This document shows, one piece after another, positions 56,538 to 64,000 of a DNA stretch of 64,000 nucleotides (positions within the stretch are counted from its first letter, which is position 1; each line of letters opens with the position of its first letter). Source of the stretch: Minisyncoccota bacterium (lineage in GTDB: Bacteria; Patescibacteriota; Minisyncoccia; Phycocordibacterales; PALSA-1337). The notes below the pieces were generated by a model. The model made no database searches. It saw nothing but the letters and a program-made list of their open reading frames with translations, and was not told where the DNA came from. The position numbers were made by a program, and so were the translations under genes. The DNA lies in contig DATDZD010000002.1 in the NCBI GenBank assembly GCA_036516895.1, positions 13,769 through 77,768 of the forward strand, given 5' to 3'.

Positions 56538-57296
56538 TTACTTATTATTTTCCCAAATATAATCAAACATAATACGAAATGTCTCAGTGATGTATTTACT
56601 TTCAATTACCACAGTAACAATTGATTCTTTGAAGTTGGTAATAGCTACTTTATCTCCATAAATAATGATTTGAGCGGGAATGTTTAGTTTTTCTGTAGAG
56701 ACTTTCTTTCGAGTAATGAGGTATTTCTCATCTTCTCCAACTGGCATCACGGTTAGTTGTCCTTCGACATATGGAGTAATGGCTTTTGTTCGTATATTCT
56801 TTGCTGTTTGTTTTTCTATATGCTCTTTTGTCAGATTAAGAATCTCTGGTATGGCTTTATATATAGGAGCACTTATGATTAAAATATCTTGCCCAATATC
56901 GAGAATATCCCCATGTACTCTTTCAATGCCCTCCACTCCTTCATAAAATTGGATGTTCGGTTTACCTGAAAGAGCGTTAAACTCTGATGATAATATGCCG
57001 AATATGGTACTGAAGTCTGAAAAAGCGTGGTTAAGGTTCTGTCTATTTTTCTCAACCATTTCCTTAATATTCCTAGGATGTTTTGGCAAGAAAAGTGCGA
57101 TCTTGCCTATGTCATCTCGCTTCTCAACAAGATTTAGAGCTATGAGCTGGTCAATAATTTTATATGTAAGTGCTCTACCCACAGCTGTTTTTGAAGCTAT
57201 TGTTTTTGCCGAAGAGAAGCCATTGCTTAAAAGATAGGTATATATTTTTGCTTGTTCAAGACTAAGTCCGCATTCCACTAATATTTTTTCATTCAT
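56538..57296 (-). CDS. TrmB-like winged-helix transcriptional regulator
   Basis: The N-terminal HTH LSLEQAKIYTYLLSNGFSSAKTIASKTAVGRALTYKIIDQLIALNLVEK is typical of the TrmB family, and the C-terminal region is TrmB_C-like. Confidence 0.5.
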   Translation of the reverse strand: MNEKILVECGLSLEQAKIYTYLLSNGFSSAKTIASKTAVGRALTYKIIDQLIALNLVEKRDDIGKIALFLPKHPRNIKEMVEKNRQNLNHAFSDFSTIFGILSSEFNALSGKPNIQFYEGVEGIERVHGDILDIGQDILIISAPIYKAIPEILNLTKEHIEKQTAKNIRTKAITPYVEGQLTVMPVGEDEKYLITRKKVSTEKLNIPAQIIIYGDKVAITNFKESIVTVVIESKYITETFRIMFDYIWENNK

Positions 57297-57395
57297 TTTG
57301 TTATATTGTTATGACAATAATATGCTTATTTATCAAGGATACTATAGAAATCGTTATAATACAAGGATTAAAGTGTGGATAAGTGTTGTTATGTA

Positions 57396-57424
57396 TTGAC
57401 AAATCTGTTCAGTATGCTATGATT
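57396..57424 (+). promoter_or_regulatory. Candidate sigma-70-like promoter (TTGACA, 17 bp spacer, ATGATT) driving the GC-rich islet operon
   Basis: TTGACA is at 57396-57401 and ATGATT at 57419-57424, with the first islet ATG at 57434. A perfect DnaA box TGTGGATAA at 57374-57382 lies just upstream. Confidence 0.3.
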
Positions 57425-57433
57425 GTTTCAGAT

Positions 57434-57781
57434 ATGAAAACAACATACTTCGGTTTCGGGATCGCTCCCAGCATGTTTCCCTCGAATTGCACCATTCGTA
57501 AGCAGGAGCTTACGGTGGAGCAGGCAAAGGAAACCATCGCCGGGGGCGTGACCTCCTGCCTCAACCCTAGCCACAAGGCGAGCATTGAGGTGATGGAGAC
57601 GAGGTTCGGCATGAAGGTGGAGATACCGGCGAAAGCGCCGAGCGTCTCCCTCCAAGCTGGAGACCGCTTGGTGGTGATGGGGGTCAGGGGACTCCCCCGG
57701 TTGGAAAACCGGCACGAGTACACCCCCGAGGAGGTGGCAGGTGCGAAGTTCGACTTCGCGCTCTTCACGGTCGGGGAGTAA
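57434..57781 (+). CDS. DUF1874-like (STIV B116 / AcrIII-1 / Crn2 ring nuclease family) candidate; GC-rich foreign gene
   Basis: 115 aa from MKTTYFGFGIAPSMFPSN.... The pattern aromatic-xxx-S-x-M-F, a His at residue 47 (NPSHKAS), GDRLVVMGVRG and RLEN resemble the DUF1874 fold family as recalled from memory. Local GC is about 60% against about 33% for the host. The start follows the promoter at 57396. Confidence 0.4.
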   Translation: MKTTYFGFGIAPSMFPSNCTIRKQELTVEQAKETIAGGVTSCLNPSHKASIEVMETRFGMKVEIPAKAPSVSLQAGDRLVVMGVRGLPRLENRHEYTPEEVAGAKFDFALFTVGE

Positions 57782-57959
57782 TCTCGTAGGGTTGAAGATG
57801 AACCTAAAAACTTTCCTCTCCTGCAGAGTGTGCAGAGAACATGTGATGGTACAGCATATAAATGTATCCATAATGTGATTTGGGCAACCAAGTCCGACTC
57901 TGGGGAAGCTCCAGGGCGCCTGACAAGCGGAAACTGTTGGGATGATTCATTTCATCTCT

Positions 57960-58010
57960 TGCCTCTCGGAATGTATATTCCGACTGATGAGTCCGAAAGG
58001 ACGAAAGGCA
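57960..58010 (+). ncRNA. Hammerhead ribozyme, type III (HHR-1)
   Basis: UGCCU-C^-UCGGAAU-GUAU-AUUCCGA-CUGAUGA-GUCC-GAAA-GGAC-GAA-AGGCA. Stem III is UGCCU/AGGCA with A15.1-U16.1. The cleavage site is C17, after 57965. Stem I is a 7 bp hairpin. The CUGAUGA core is at 57984-57990. Stem II is GUCC/GGAC with a GAAA loop (G10.1-C11.1), followed by G12 A13 A14. All invariant core nucleotides are present. Confidence 0.75.
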
Positions 58011-58233
58011 GAATATCTTTGAATTTCCTTGTGAAAGCAAGTTTGTAAGATTAGAGAATTGAGTCTTGCAGTAAAAATAAAGGTGTCATACCAAATCATG
58101 CAAGTGAGGTGAGTATGAAAAAGAAAAGCTGAAAGTGCTTTCGACCTAACTTGGCCGAGATGAACAGCCCGGCCCATCATCCAGAGAGTGACCCTGCTAC
58201 GGTACGACAGTTCATTTTGACTGTCATACCGAA

Positions 58234-58446
58234 ATGGGATGGGTGCTTGCACCCATGTTCAAAATTTTCAGACCGATTCCTGCTAGTAAGGAATCGGTAA
58301 AGGATTTGCTCCGTAGCGTGATTGGTAACAATCAGCGTAAGGAGTGGTATAAATCCCGCTCAAGGACCACCATCCTTGAGCACTTCATTGAGTCCTTGAT
58401 TGAAAGATTATTGAGGATTCATAGAGTTTCAGTTTCAGTTTTTTAA
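58234..58446 (+). CDS. Small hypothetical ORF within the HHR-flanked unit
   Basis: 70 aa with no strong RBS and no recognisable family. It may be non-coding. Confidence 0.2.
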   Translation: MGWVLAPMFKIFRPIPASKESVKDLLRSVIGNNQRKEWYKSRSRTTILEHFIESLIERLLRIHRVSVSVF

Positions 58447-58474
58447 AAATTAAATAAAGAAAGGAGGTGAAAGG

Positions 58475-58834
58475 ATGCGAAGTTCGTGTCGGGAAGACGG
58501 GAGGCGCAATACCCTTGGTTATTTCAGAGGTGCTCGGGAATTTTTTCCTCAAGGCACCTTTAAGGAAATCGAGTTAGTTGTGGCTCTCGATCCAGTCTGG
58601 CATTCATCGGATGGAATCAGCGAGGTAGTCATGGCGATTGGGGCTGCAGAGCGTAAGCTCAATAGTCTCAAAGACCGAAAGGATTACCTGGTAAGATCCA
58701 TTGCCGATGATCAGAATTGGTGGCGTCCTTCCCCAGAAATGAAACAGCTATATAGACAAGAGCTTAAAACTCTTCGTCAAGAAGCTGTGAAATTTCAGAG
58801 GGAACTGGATGAACTCCAAGCCATTATTGGATGA
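58475..58834 (+). CDS. Hypothetical protein (islet ORF) with a strong Shine-Dalgarno sequence
   Basis: AAAGGAGGTGAAAGG sits immediately before the ATG, a context absent from host genes. 119 aa with a C-terminal coiled-coil-like region. Confidence 0.5.
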   Translation: MRSSCREDGRRNTLGYFRGAREFFPQGTFKEIELVVALDPVWHSSDGISEVVMAIGAAERKLNSLKDRKDYLVRSIADDQNWWRPSPEMKQLYRQELKTLRQEAVKFQRELDELQAIIG

Positions 58835-58972
58835 CCGCAGGAAAGACTGCCAAAGGATCACTCCAACCTTTGTAATAGAAGAGTGAAAAGTTCACCTGAA
58901 CAAGGATGAAACTTTTGTCACCGTCATAAAATGGTGAGTTGGGGTTGCAGACCCTGGGGATCGTAAGATTCT

Positions 58973-59027
58973 CTTCTGTCTCGGAATATGTATTCCGACT
59001 GATGAGCTCAAAAGAGCGAAACAGAAG
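58973..59027 (+). ncRNA. Hammerhead ribozyme, type III (HHR-2)
   Basis: CUUCUGU-C^-UCGGAAU-AUGU-AUUCCGA-CUGAUGA-GCUC-AAAA-GAGC-GAA-ACAGAAG. Stem III is 7 bp (CUUCUGU/ACAGAAG). The cleavage site is C17, after 58980. Stem I is identical to that of HHR-1. The CUGAUGA core is at 58999-59005 and stem II is GCUC/GAGC. Confidence 0.75.
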
Positions 59028-59073
59028 TTTTTATAAATATTTTTTAAATCAAAAAAAGAAAGGAGGTGAAAAA

Positions 59074-59406
59074 ATGAAAATCGTGCGTTTGGAGCCAGAG
59101 AAGATTCTCGAAGCGATTCGTATCGCAAGTGAGAGTTTTGGAACATTCCACTTTACTCATCTGCCGGAGAGGATCAGGGATGGTGTAGATGAGCTTGCAG
59201 AGGATTTTAGGCTATACTCGTTTTGGGAAAGTAGCGACTTTTGTTGCTGTTTTTCTCCAAAGTGGGCTGCTGAAGATGCCTCTGATAGGGGAATGGCGGT
59301 GGATTCCAAGGATCTCGCGAAAAGGAAGAAGGGATTCGCAAAAGTCTGCCAAATTTTTGGCTGTTCAGCTAAGGATGAGGTGGTTGGGATCCGTCCAATT
59401 CTTTGA
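59074..59406 (+). CDS. Hypothetical protein (islet ORF) with a strong Shine-Dalgarno sequence
   Basis: AAAGGAGGTGAAAAA sits before the ATG at 59074. 110 aa, MKIVRLEPEKILEAIRIASESFGTF.... No family recognised. Confidence 0.5.
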   Translation: MKIVRLEPEKILEAIRIASESFGTFHFTHLPERIRDGVDELAEDFRLYSFWESSDFCCCFSPKWAAEDASDRGMAVDSKDLAKRKKGFAKVCQIFGCSAKDEVVGIRPIL

Positions 59407-59471
59407 GCTTCTAAAACTGCGACCTACGGCACGCGGGGAAGAGTAACTTCCTGGCAACAGAATTGTTACAG

Positions 59472-59490
59472 GAGAATCCATGATTCTCCA
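59472..59490 (+). terminator. Hairpin GGAGAATC-CAT-GATTCTCC followed by an A/T-rich tract, a candidate islet terminator
   Basis: Perfect 8 bp stem. A weak T-tract (aatttattaatttcg) follows. Confidence 0.25.
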
Positions 59491-59539
59491 ATTTATTAAT
59501 TTCGTAACTCGCGTTGTGAATTTATAGATTAAAAAATAG

Positions 59540-60589
59540 TTACAACAATTTTCCAGACCCCTTTATCTCCAAATGCGCGTACGCCTTCTCTGTCGGAGCT
59601 CGCCCGCGAGGTGTGCGCTCGAGAAGGCCGAGCTGGATTAAATACGGTTCGTACACTTCCTCTATCGTCGCTTGTTCTTCGGAAAGGGCGGCGGCTATGG
59701 TATTTAAGCCAACGGGCTTGCCACCGAATTTGTTTATCATTGTCTTCAATATATCTCTATCTGCACCGTTCAATCCCAAATGGTCCACACCCAACATTTT
59801 TAACGCTTTCTCAACTATATCTTGAGAGAGAGATGTTTTCTCAATCTGGGCGTAATCTCTGCATCTTTTTAGAAAATAGTTTGCTGTTCTTGGAGTAAAT
59901 CTGCTTCTTGACGCTATGGCTTTTATGGCGTCTGGGTGAATATCAATATCAAGTATCTTTGCTGACCTTTTTATAATTTCTCCTATTTCGCTTTCAGTAT
60001 AAAATTCAAGCTTGAAAACTCCACCAGAAAAACGAGAACGCAGGGGAGAAGAAATCATAGCTATGCGAGTAGTAGCGGCAATAAGTGTAAAAGAGGGAAG
60101 TTCAAGCTGAATAGTTCTAGCCGAAGGTCCTTTTCCAATGATAATATCAAGCGTCCCAGTTTCCATAGCTGGGTAAAGCACTTCTTCAATAGCTTTGTTT
60201 AGCCGATGTATTTCGTCTATAAAAAGAATATCTCCGTGAGATAGATTTGTAAGAATTGAAGCCAAATCTCCTATCTTTAATATAGCAGGTCCAGAAGTGA
60301 CTTTCATTTGAGCTTCTGTTTCTTTTGAAATGAGATGAGCTAGTGTTGTTTTTCCCAAGCCGGGCGGTCCATAGAAAAGAATATGCTCTGGAGGGTGATT
60401 GCGCTCTTTTGCCGCAGTTAAAAGTATATGCAGATTATCCTTTATTCCTTTTTGTCCTATATATTCTGCCCAACGGCCTGGACGCAAGGTCTGGTCAAGG
60501 TAACCGGACTCGCTATTTCTGTCAGTCACCCTATCTCTCGTCGCGTTTTTTTTCTTGCCATTTTCTGTTTTGGGTGATATTTTTTTCAT
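59540..60589 (-). CDS. ruvB: Holliday junction branch migration ATPase RuvB
   Basis: LDQTLRPGRWAEYIGQKGIKDNL..HILFYGPPGLGKTTLAHLIS (Walker A), Walker B ILFIDEIHRL, and a winged-helix C-terminal domain. Confidence 0.9.
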   Translation of the reverse strand: MKKISPKTENGKKKNATRDRVTDRNSESGYLDQTLRPGRWAEYIGQKGIKDNLHILLTAAKERNHPPEHILFYGPPGLGKTTLAHLISKETEAQMKVTSGPAILKIGDLASILTNLSHGDILFIDEIHRLNKAIEEVLYPAMETGTLDIIIGKGPSARTIQLELPSFTLIAATTRIAMISSPLRSRFSGGVFKLEFYTESEIGEIIKRSAKILDIDIHPDAIKAIASRSRFTPRTANYFLKRCRDYAQIEKTSLSQDIVEKALKMLGVDHLGLNGADRDILKTMINKFGGKPVGLNTIAAALSEEQATIEEVYEPYLIQLGLLERTPRGRAPTEKAYAHLEIKGSGKLL

Positions 60590-61027
60590 ATAGGTTGAGA
60601 AGATGTCTATATATTTATCATTGACATATCAATCAAACTGTGCTAGTCTTTCCATATTGATTGATTAAGATTGATATTAAATGGTAATGGGAAAGTAGTT
60701 TATAGTATAGCACTTTGTATGAAAGCTTCGGATTCATGAATCTCTAAGCAATATAGCTAGTTTACTAGTTATCTGACATAGTGTCGTGGACATTCTGGTT
60801 ACCATCTTGTATGTGTTTACTGGGGTCATCCTTGGCCCTATGTTTATCTTTTAATGATCGCATTGAAAGCATTGCTTAGAGATTCTTGCACCCGACTCGC
60901 ATTTAATAATCAAATACCTATAATTTTTCATAAAACCTCATATTAACTTTCTAAACTTATAGTACTACTATTTTTTCCAATTTCAATTGACACTGTAAAA
61001 TTTATAGTTCGTAACTATTCGTAATGA

Positions 61028-61363
61028 TTATAAATTCTTCGGAGGAAGTTTAATACCATGCCCTTCCAGTCGCTCTCTATCACTTGCTGTGACTCTAGAA
61101 AGTTCAAGGTGTTGCGTTCTATGTTTATCCTCCAATTTTCTTATTTCTCTTTCCAATTCTCTTATTTTTGCCTCATCTTGAGGAATTTTTCTCTTTCTTT
61201 CATCAATTTCACGCATTTCCTTCTCGTTTTGTTGTTTGAAGTTTGTTATTTCTTCTTGCAATTTCTGTTTTTCTGATTTCTTTTCATTTAGAATACTAGC
61301 GTCATGTTCCATCTCCTGTTTTAGTCGTTTGAAAGTCAGTTCAAAATTATCAATTGAGCTCAT
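61028..61363 (-). CDS. Hypothetical coiled-coil protein downstream of the second PilB-like ATPase
   Basis: 111 aa with a highly charged heptad-like sequence. Confidence 0.4.
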   Translation of the reverse strand: MSSIDNFELTFKRLKQEMEHDASILNEKKSEKQKLQEEITNFKQQNEKEMREIDERKRKIPQDEAKIRELEREIRKLEDKHRTQHLELSRVTASDRERLEGHGIKLPPKNL

Positions 61364-61419
61364 TTTTTTATTAATTAGTTAGTATTATTTTCTATTTATT
61401 TTCTTACCCATTCAGCCAA

Positions 61420-63090
61420 TTATTCCTCTATAGTAATAACTCTTTCAAGTTCATCTAGCGATGTAATTCCTTGTAAGACTTTTATTATACCATCTTGCGT
61501 CATAGTGAGAATTCCTTGAGCAGCTGCAGCTTTTGCTATTTCCGTATCACTTGAATTGTATTCAATCACTTTATTTACTTCTTCATTTAATTTCATTCCC
61601 TCATAAATACCTATACGACCTTTGTATCCTGTATTATTGCATTTTTCGCATCCTACATGACCGAAAACTGAAGGAGGCATGACCGGAATCTCTTTTTTAT
61701 CAACAATGGTAGCTAGTATCTCGTCTATTTTTCTTTTTATTTCTCCTTCTATTGCTATGGCTTTCTTGCAGAAAGGACATAGTTTGCGGATAAGTCGTTG
61801 GGCTAGGGCGATGTTTATTGCAGAACTCATGATTTTTGGATTGATACCGAGGTCAATCAGGCGAGGGAATGACCCAGCAGAGCTATTTGTATGTAATGTG
61901 GAGAAGACGAGATGTCCAGTAAGAGAAGAATTGATGGCTATAGAGGCAGTTTCTCCATCGCGTATTTCACCAACCATGATTATGTCTGGGTCTTGGCGCA
62001 ATGCGGAGCGCAGTCCCTCTAGAAAAGTATATCCTTTGTCATTGACTTGTGTTTGCACAATGCCAGGCAAATGATATTCAATAGGGTCTTCAATCGTAAT
62101 TATTTTCACACCGGGATTATGGACTTTTTTTAGAAAGGCGTACAATGTGGTGGTTTTTCCAGAACCAGTCGGACCTGTGGTGAGCAACATGCCATTTGGT
62201 TTTGTAATTTCTTTCTCCAGAATTGATAAAAGTTTTTTTGGAATACCCAGTTCTTCCATGGATATGGAAATAGTTTTTGGATTTAGAAGGCGCATGACTA
62301 TGGATTCATCATAAGCTCCAGGGAGAACAGATGTTCTTATTTCAATATTATCTTTGCCTATATGCACACTGAAACGACCGTCTTGGGCGTCTTTTTTGAT
62401 ATTTATCTTTAGTCCAGAAAGAAGTTTTATGCGTGAGAGTAGAAGATTATAAGTATCATGGTCAAAATTTAAGACATTCACAAGGACACCATCAAGACGA
62501 TATCTCAAACGGATATAATCTTCTTCTGGTTCTATATGGATATCAGAGGCCTCCACCGCCATTGCTCCAGCCAGTATTGTCTCCAAGATACGAGAAACTC
62601 TATAGCTTTTTTTCATAGCCAGAGTATTTTCCAGAATAGAGACTATTGCGGGCAATCCTTTTGCCTTTTCTATAATAGTGGCAATTTCCTCGCTTGATAT
62701 TTCAAGAGAACCGGCTTTTGTCTCATAAGCGAAAGATAAATCTTTGTACATTGACCATGCCTTTTCAAGGCTGGCTGTTGAAGATATGGCAAGAGTTATT
62801 TCGTATCCCTTTTTCTTTATATCTAAAAGAGTTTCTTGAATTTTTTGGTCTTCAGGATTTCTAACTGCAATTTTAAGTCTTTTGTCTGCCAGAGCATAGC
62901 CCGCCATTTTCATTTCTCGGGCATTTTTTTCATCAATCAATCGCAAAGCGTCGGCACTGATGGATACAACAGTCAGGTCAACATATTCTATGCCATATTT
63001 TGCTGATAAGAATTGCACTAGCTCCTCCTCTTCTTGTTTGAGAAGGTCTCCTATTTTTCTATTTTGTTTATCTTCATCAAACTGAATCAT
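61420..63090 (-). CDS. Second GspE/PilB-family secretion ATPase with a tetracysteine zinc finger
   Basis: Walker A LTTGPTGSGKTTTLY, the box MVGEIRDGETA, TGHLVFSTLHTNS, and a C-terminal CPFCKK...CEKCNNTGYKGR motif. The start is taken at MIQFDED (ATG 63090), not the track start. Confidence 0.8.
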   Translation of the reverse strand: MIQFDEDKQNRKIGDLLKQEEEELVQFLSAKYGIEYVDLTVVSISADALRLIDEKNAREMKMAGYALADKRLKIAVRNPEDQKIQETLLDIKKKGYEITLAISSTASLEKAWSMYKDLSFAYETKAGSLEISSEEIATIIEKAKGLPAIVSILENTLAMKKSYRVSRILETILAGAMAVEASDIHIEPEEDYIRLRYRLDGVLVNVLNFDHDTYNLLLSRIKLLSGLKINIKKDAQDGRFSVHIGKDNIEIRTSVLPGAYDESIVMRLLNPKTISISMEELGIPKKLLSILEKEITKPNGMLLTTGPTGSGKTTTLYAFLKKVHNPGVKIITIEDPIEYHLPGIVQTQVNDKGYTFLEGLRSALRQDPDIIMVGEIRDGETASIAINSSLTGHLVFSTLHTNSSAGSFPRLIDLGINPKIMSSAINIALAQRLIRKLCPFCKKAIAIEGEIKRKIDEILATIVDKKEIPVMPPSVFGHVGCEKCNNTGYKGRIGIYEGMKLNEEVNKVIEYNSSDTEIAKAAAAQGILTMTQDGIIKVLQGITSLDELERVITIEE

Positions 63091-63157
63091 TATGCTATAA
63101 GTATACCTTATATTGTTTTTCTGTTGTAATCTATGGTGGGTGGTGTAAGATTTCATA

Positions 63158-63238
63158 TAAATGGCTCGGAAGTACTTTTTCTGAACCTGAACGCATTCGT
63201 CAGGGAAGGTGAAGGAAAAGTACTTCCGAGCCATTTAG
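63158..63238 (+). repeat. Perfect 21 bp-arm palindrome AAATGGCTCGGAAGTACTTTT...AAAAGTACTTCCGAGCCATTT, possibly a minimal member of the intergenic repeat family
   Basis: Directly seen. It shares AAATGGCTCG and GCTCGGAAG with repeat copies A and C. It lies between the divergent PilB-like gene and tRNA-Thr. Confidence 0.45.
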
Positions 63239-63240
63239 AC

Positions 63241-63316
63241 GCCGATGTAGCTCAGTTAGCAGAGCACCACTTTCGTAAAGTGGTTGTCGTCAGTGCAATT
63301 CTGGCCATCGGCTCCA
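63241..63316 (+). tRNA. tRNA-Thr (anticodon CGU), CCA encoded
   Basis: GCCGATGTAGCTCAGTTAGCAGAGCACCACTTTCGTAAAGTGGTTGTCGTCAGTGCAATTCTGGCCATCGGCTCCA. The anticodon stem CCACT/AGTGG encloses the loop UUCGUAA. The acceptor stem is GCCGATG/CATCGGC. Confidence 0.8.
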
Positions 63317-63327
63317 AAATTTTTTGC

Positions 63328-64000
63328 CTAGATATCTTTCTCCGCTTCCAGAAACTCGTCCAGATTACCCTCAAAAACTTTATCTATTTGTGAAGTCTCA
63401 ATATTTGTCCTGTGATCTTTAACCATCTTATATGGATGTGTGACATATGAACGAATCTGATTTCCCCACTCAATAGAAGTAGTCTTGCTTATATACATAC
63501 CTTTCTCTTTTGCCACTCTTTCATCTTCTTTCGTTTTAAATATCTTGCCTCGCAGAATATCCAATGCTTTTTCTTTATTCTGTGCTTGTGAGCGTTCGGA
63601 GGTGACATGAACAGATAGGTTTGTGGGTTTATGAACAATACGCACAGCCGTTTCTCTTTTATTTACATTTTGTCCTCCCGGACCACCAGATTTTGCAATA
63701 GAAATTTCTAAATCTTTATCGTTAATATCAATATCGGTAGAATGTATTTTTTCAAATTTTGGTATGACTTCTACCATAGAAAAAGAAGTGTGGCGAAGTT
63801 GTTTTGCATTGAAAGGAGAAATGCGAACTAAACGATGAACGCCGGATTCATTTTTCAAAATACCATAGACACCTGCAGTTGACACACCAGTTGTTTTGTC
63901 ATTTCGCAAACTTCCGTTTATTTCAACTGTAATATTCCTATAGCCCCCATGATTATTTTCATTAGCATGAATAATCTGCATTCCCCAACCTTTTTTCTCC
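63328..64000 (-). CDS. prfB: Peptide chain release factor 2, C-terminal part (the N-terminus lies beyond the window end)
   Basis: An SPF tripeptide (RISPFNAKQ) and the GGQ motif (SGGPGGQNVNKRETAVRIVH). The reading frame is open to the window edge. Confidence 0.75.
   Translation of the reverse strand, partial: EKKGWGMQIIHANENNHGGYRNITVEINGSLRNDKTTGVSTAGVYGILKNESGVHRLVRISPFNAKQLRHTSFSMVEVIPKFEKIHSTDIDINDKDLEISIAKSGGPGGQNVNKRETAVRIVHKPTNLSVHVTSERSQAQNKEKALDILRGKIFKTKEDERVAKEKGMYISKTTSIEWGNQIRSYVTHPYKMVKDHRTNIETSQIDKVFEGNLDEFLEAEKDI

Noticed and set aside
57782-57957. A third ribozyme (twister, pistol, hatchet or hammerhead) between the DUF1874-like gene and HHR-1
   Set aside because: Only a CTGCAGAG/CTCTGCAG hairpin was seen. 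No conserved ribozyme core could be matched by eye. A covariance-model search is needed.
63328-64000. Programmed +1 frameshift site of prfB
   Set aside because: The frameshift site would lie in the N-terminal part of the gene, which is outside the window.

Overview
This 64 kb window is low-GC (about 33-35% by eye) with very short intergenic spacers, and the host genes lack Shine-Dalgarno sequences. The gene content is typical of a reduced-genome, CPR/Parcubacteria-like bacterium with standard genetic code (TGA is used as stop).

Housekeeping genes make up most of it. These include a type IV pilus operon (pseudopilin, large pilin-like protein, PilC, PilB) and a second PilB-like ATPase. Also present are nusA, H+-pyrophosphatase, tig, rsmE, clpP, rny, HU and six tRNAs. 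Further genes are cca, xth, a Xer recombinase, rpsO, comM, a LysM-M23 peptidase, pcrA, ksgA, PBP1A, tyrS, yebC-ruvC, ruvB and a partial prfB. The chromosomal origin neighbourhood is here (rpmH-rnpA-yidC divergent from dnaA-dnaN, then a DUF721-like gene).

Five items are not housekeeping:
1. A roughly 2.1 kb GC-rich (about 48-60%) islet sits between a TrmB-like regulator and ruvB. It carries two canonical type-III hammerhead ribozymes in tandem about 1 kb apart. They are interleaved with small ORFs that, unlike host genes, have strong AAGGAGGTGA ribosome-binding sites. The first gene resembles the DUF1874 / AcrIII-1 / Crn2 ring-nuclease family from memory (His at position 47).
2. A family of at least five, possibly six, imperfect-palindromic intergenic repeats of about 100-180 bp with conserved termini (GGTAAAATC.GCTCGC ... 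GCTCGCACGATTTTAC) lies at gene 3' ends.
3. Dense, helically phased arrays of DnaA boxes (TTATCCACA) occur away from dnaA, upstream of clpP and next to yraN and tRNA-Gly, in addition to boxes flanking dnaA.
4. A type IV secretion-like cluster contains a VirB6-like polytopic protein, a VirB3-like small protein, and a VirB4 ATPase split into two ORFs, plus secreted and membrane proteins.
5. An HExxH protein gene is interrupted by a frameshift in an A6 run.

No CRISPR array, rRNA or obvious transposase was seen.
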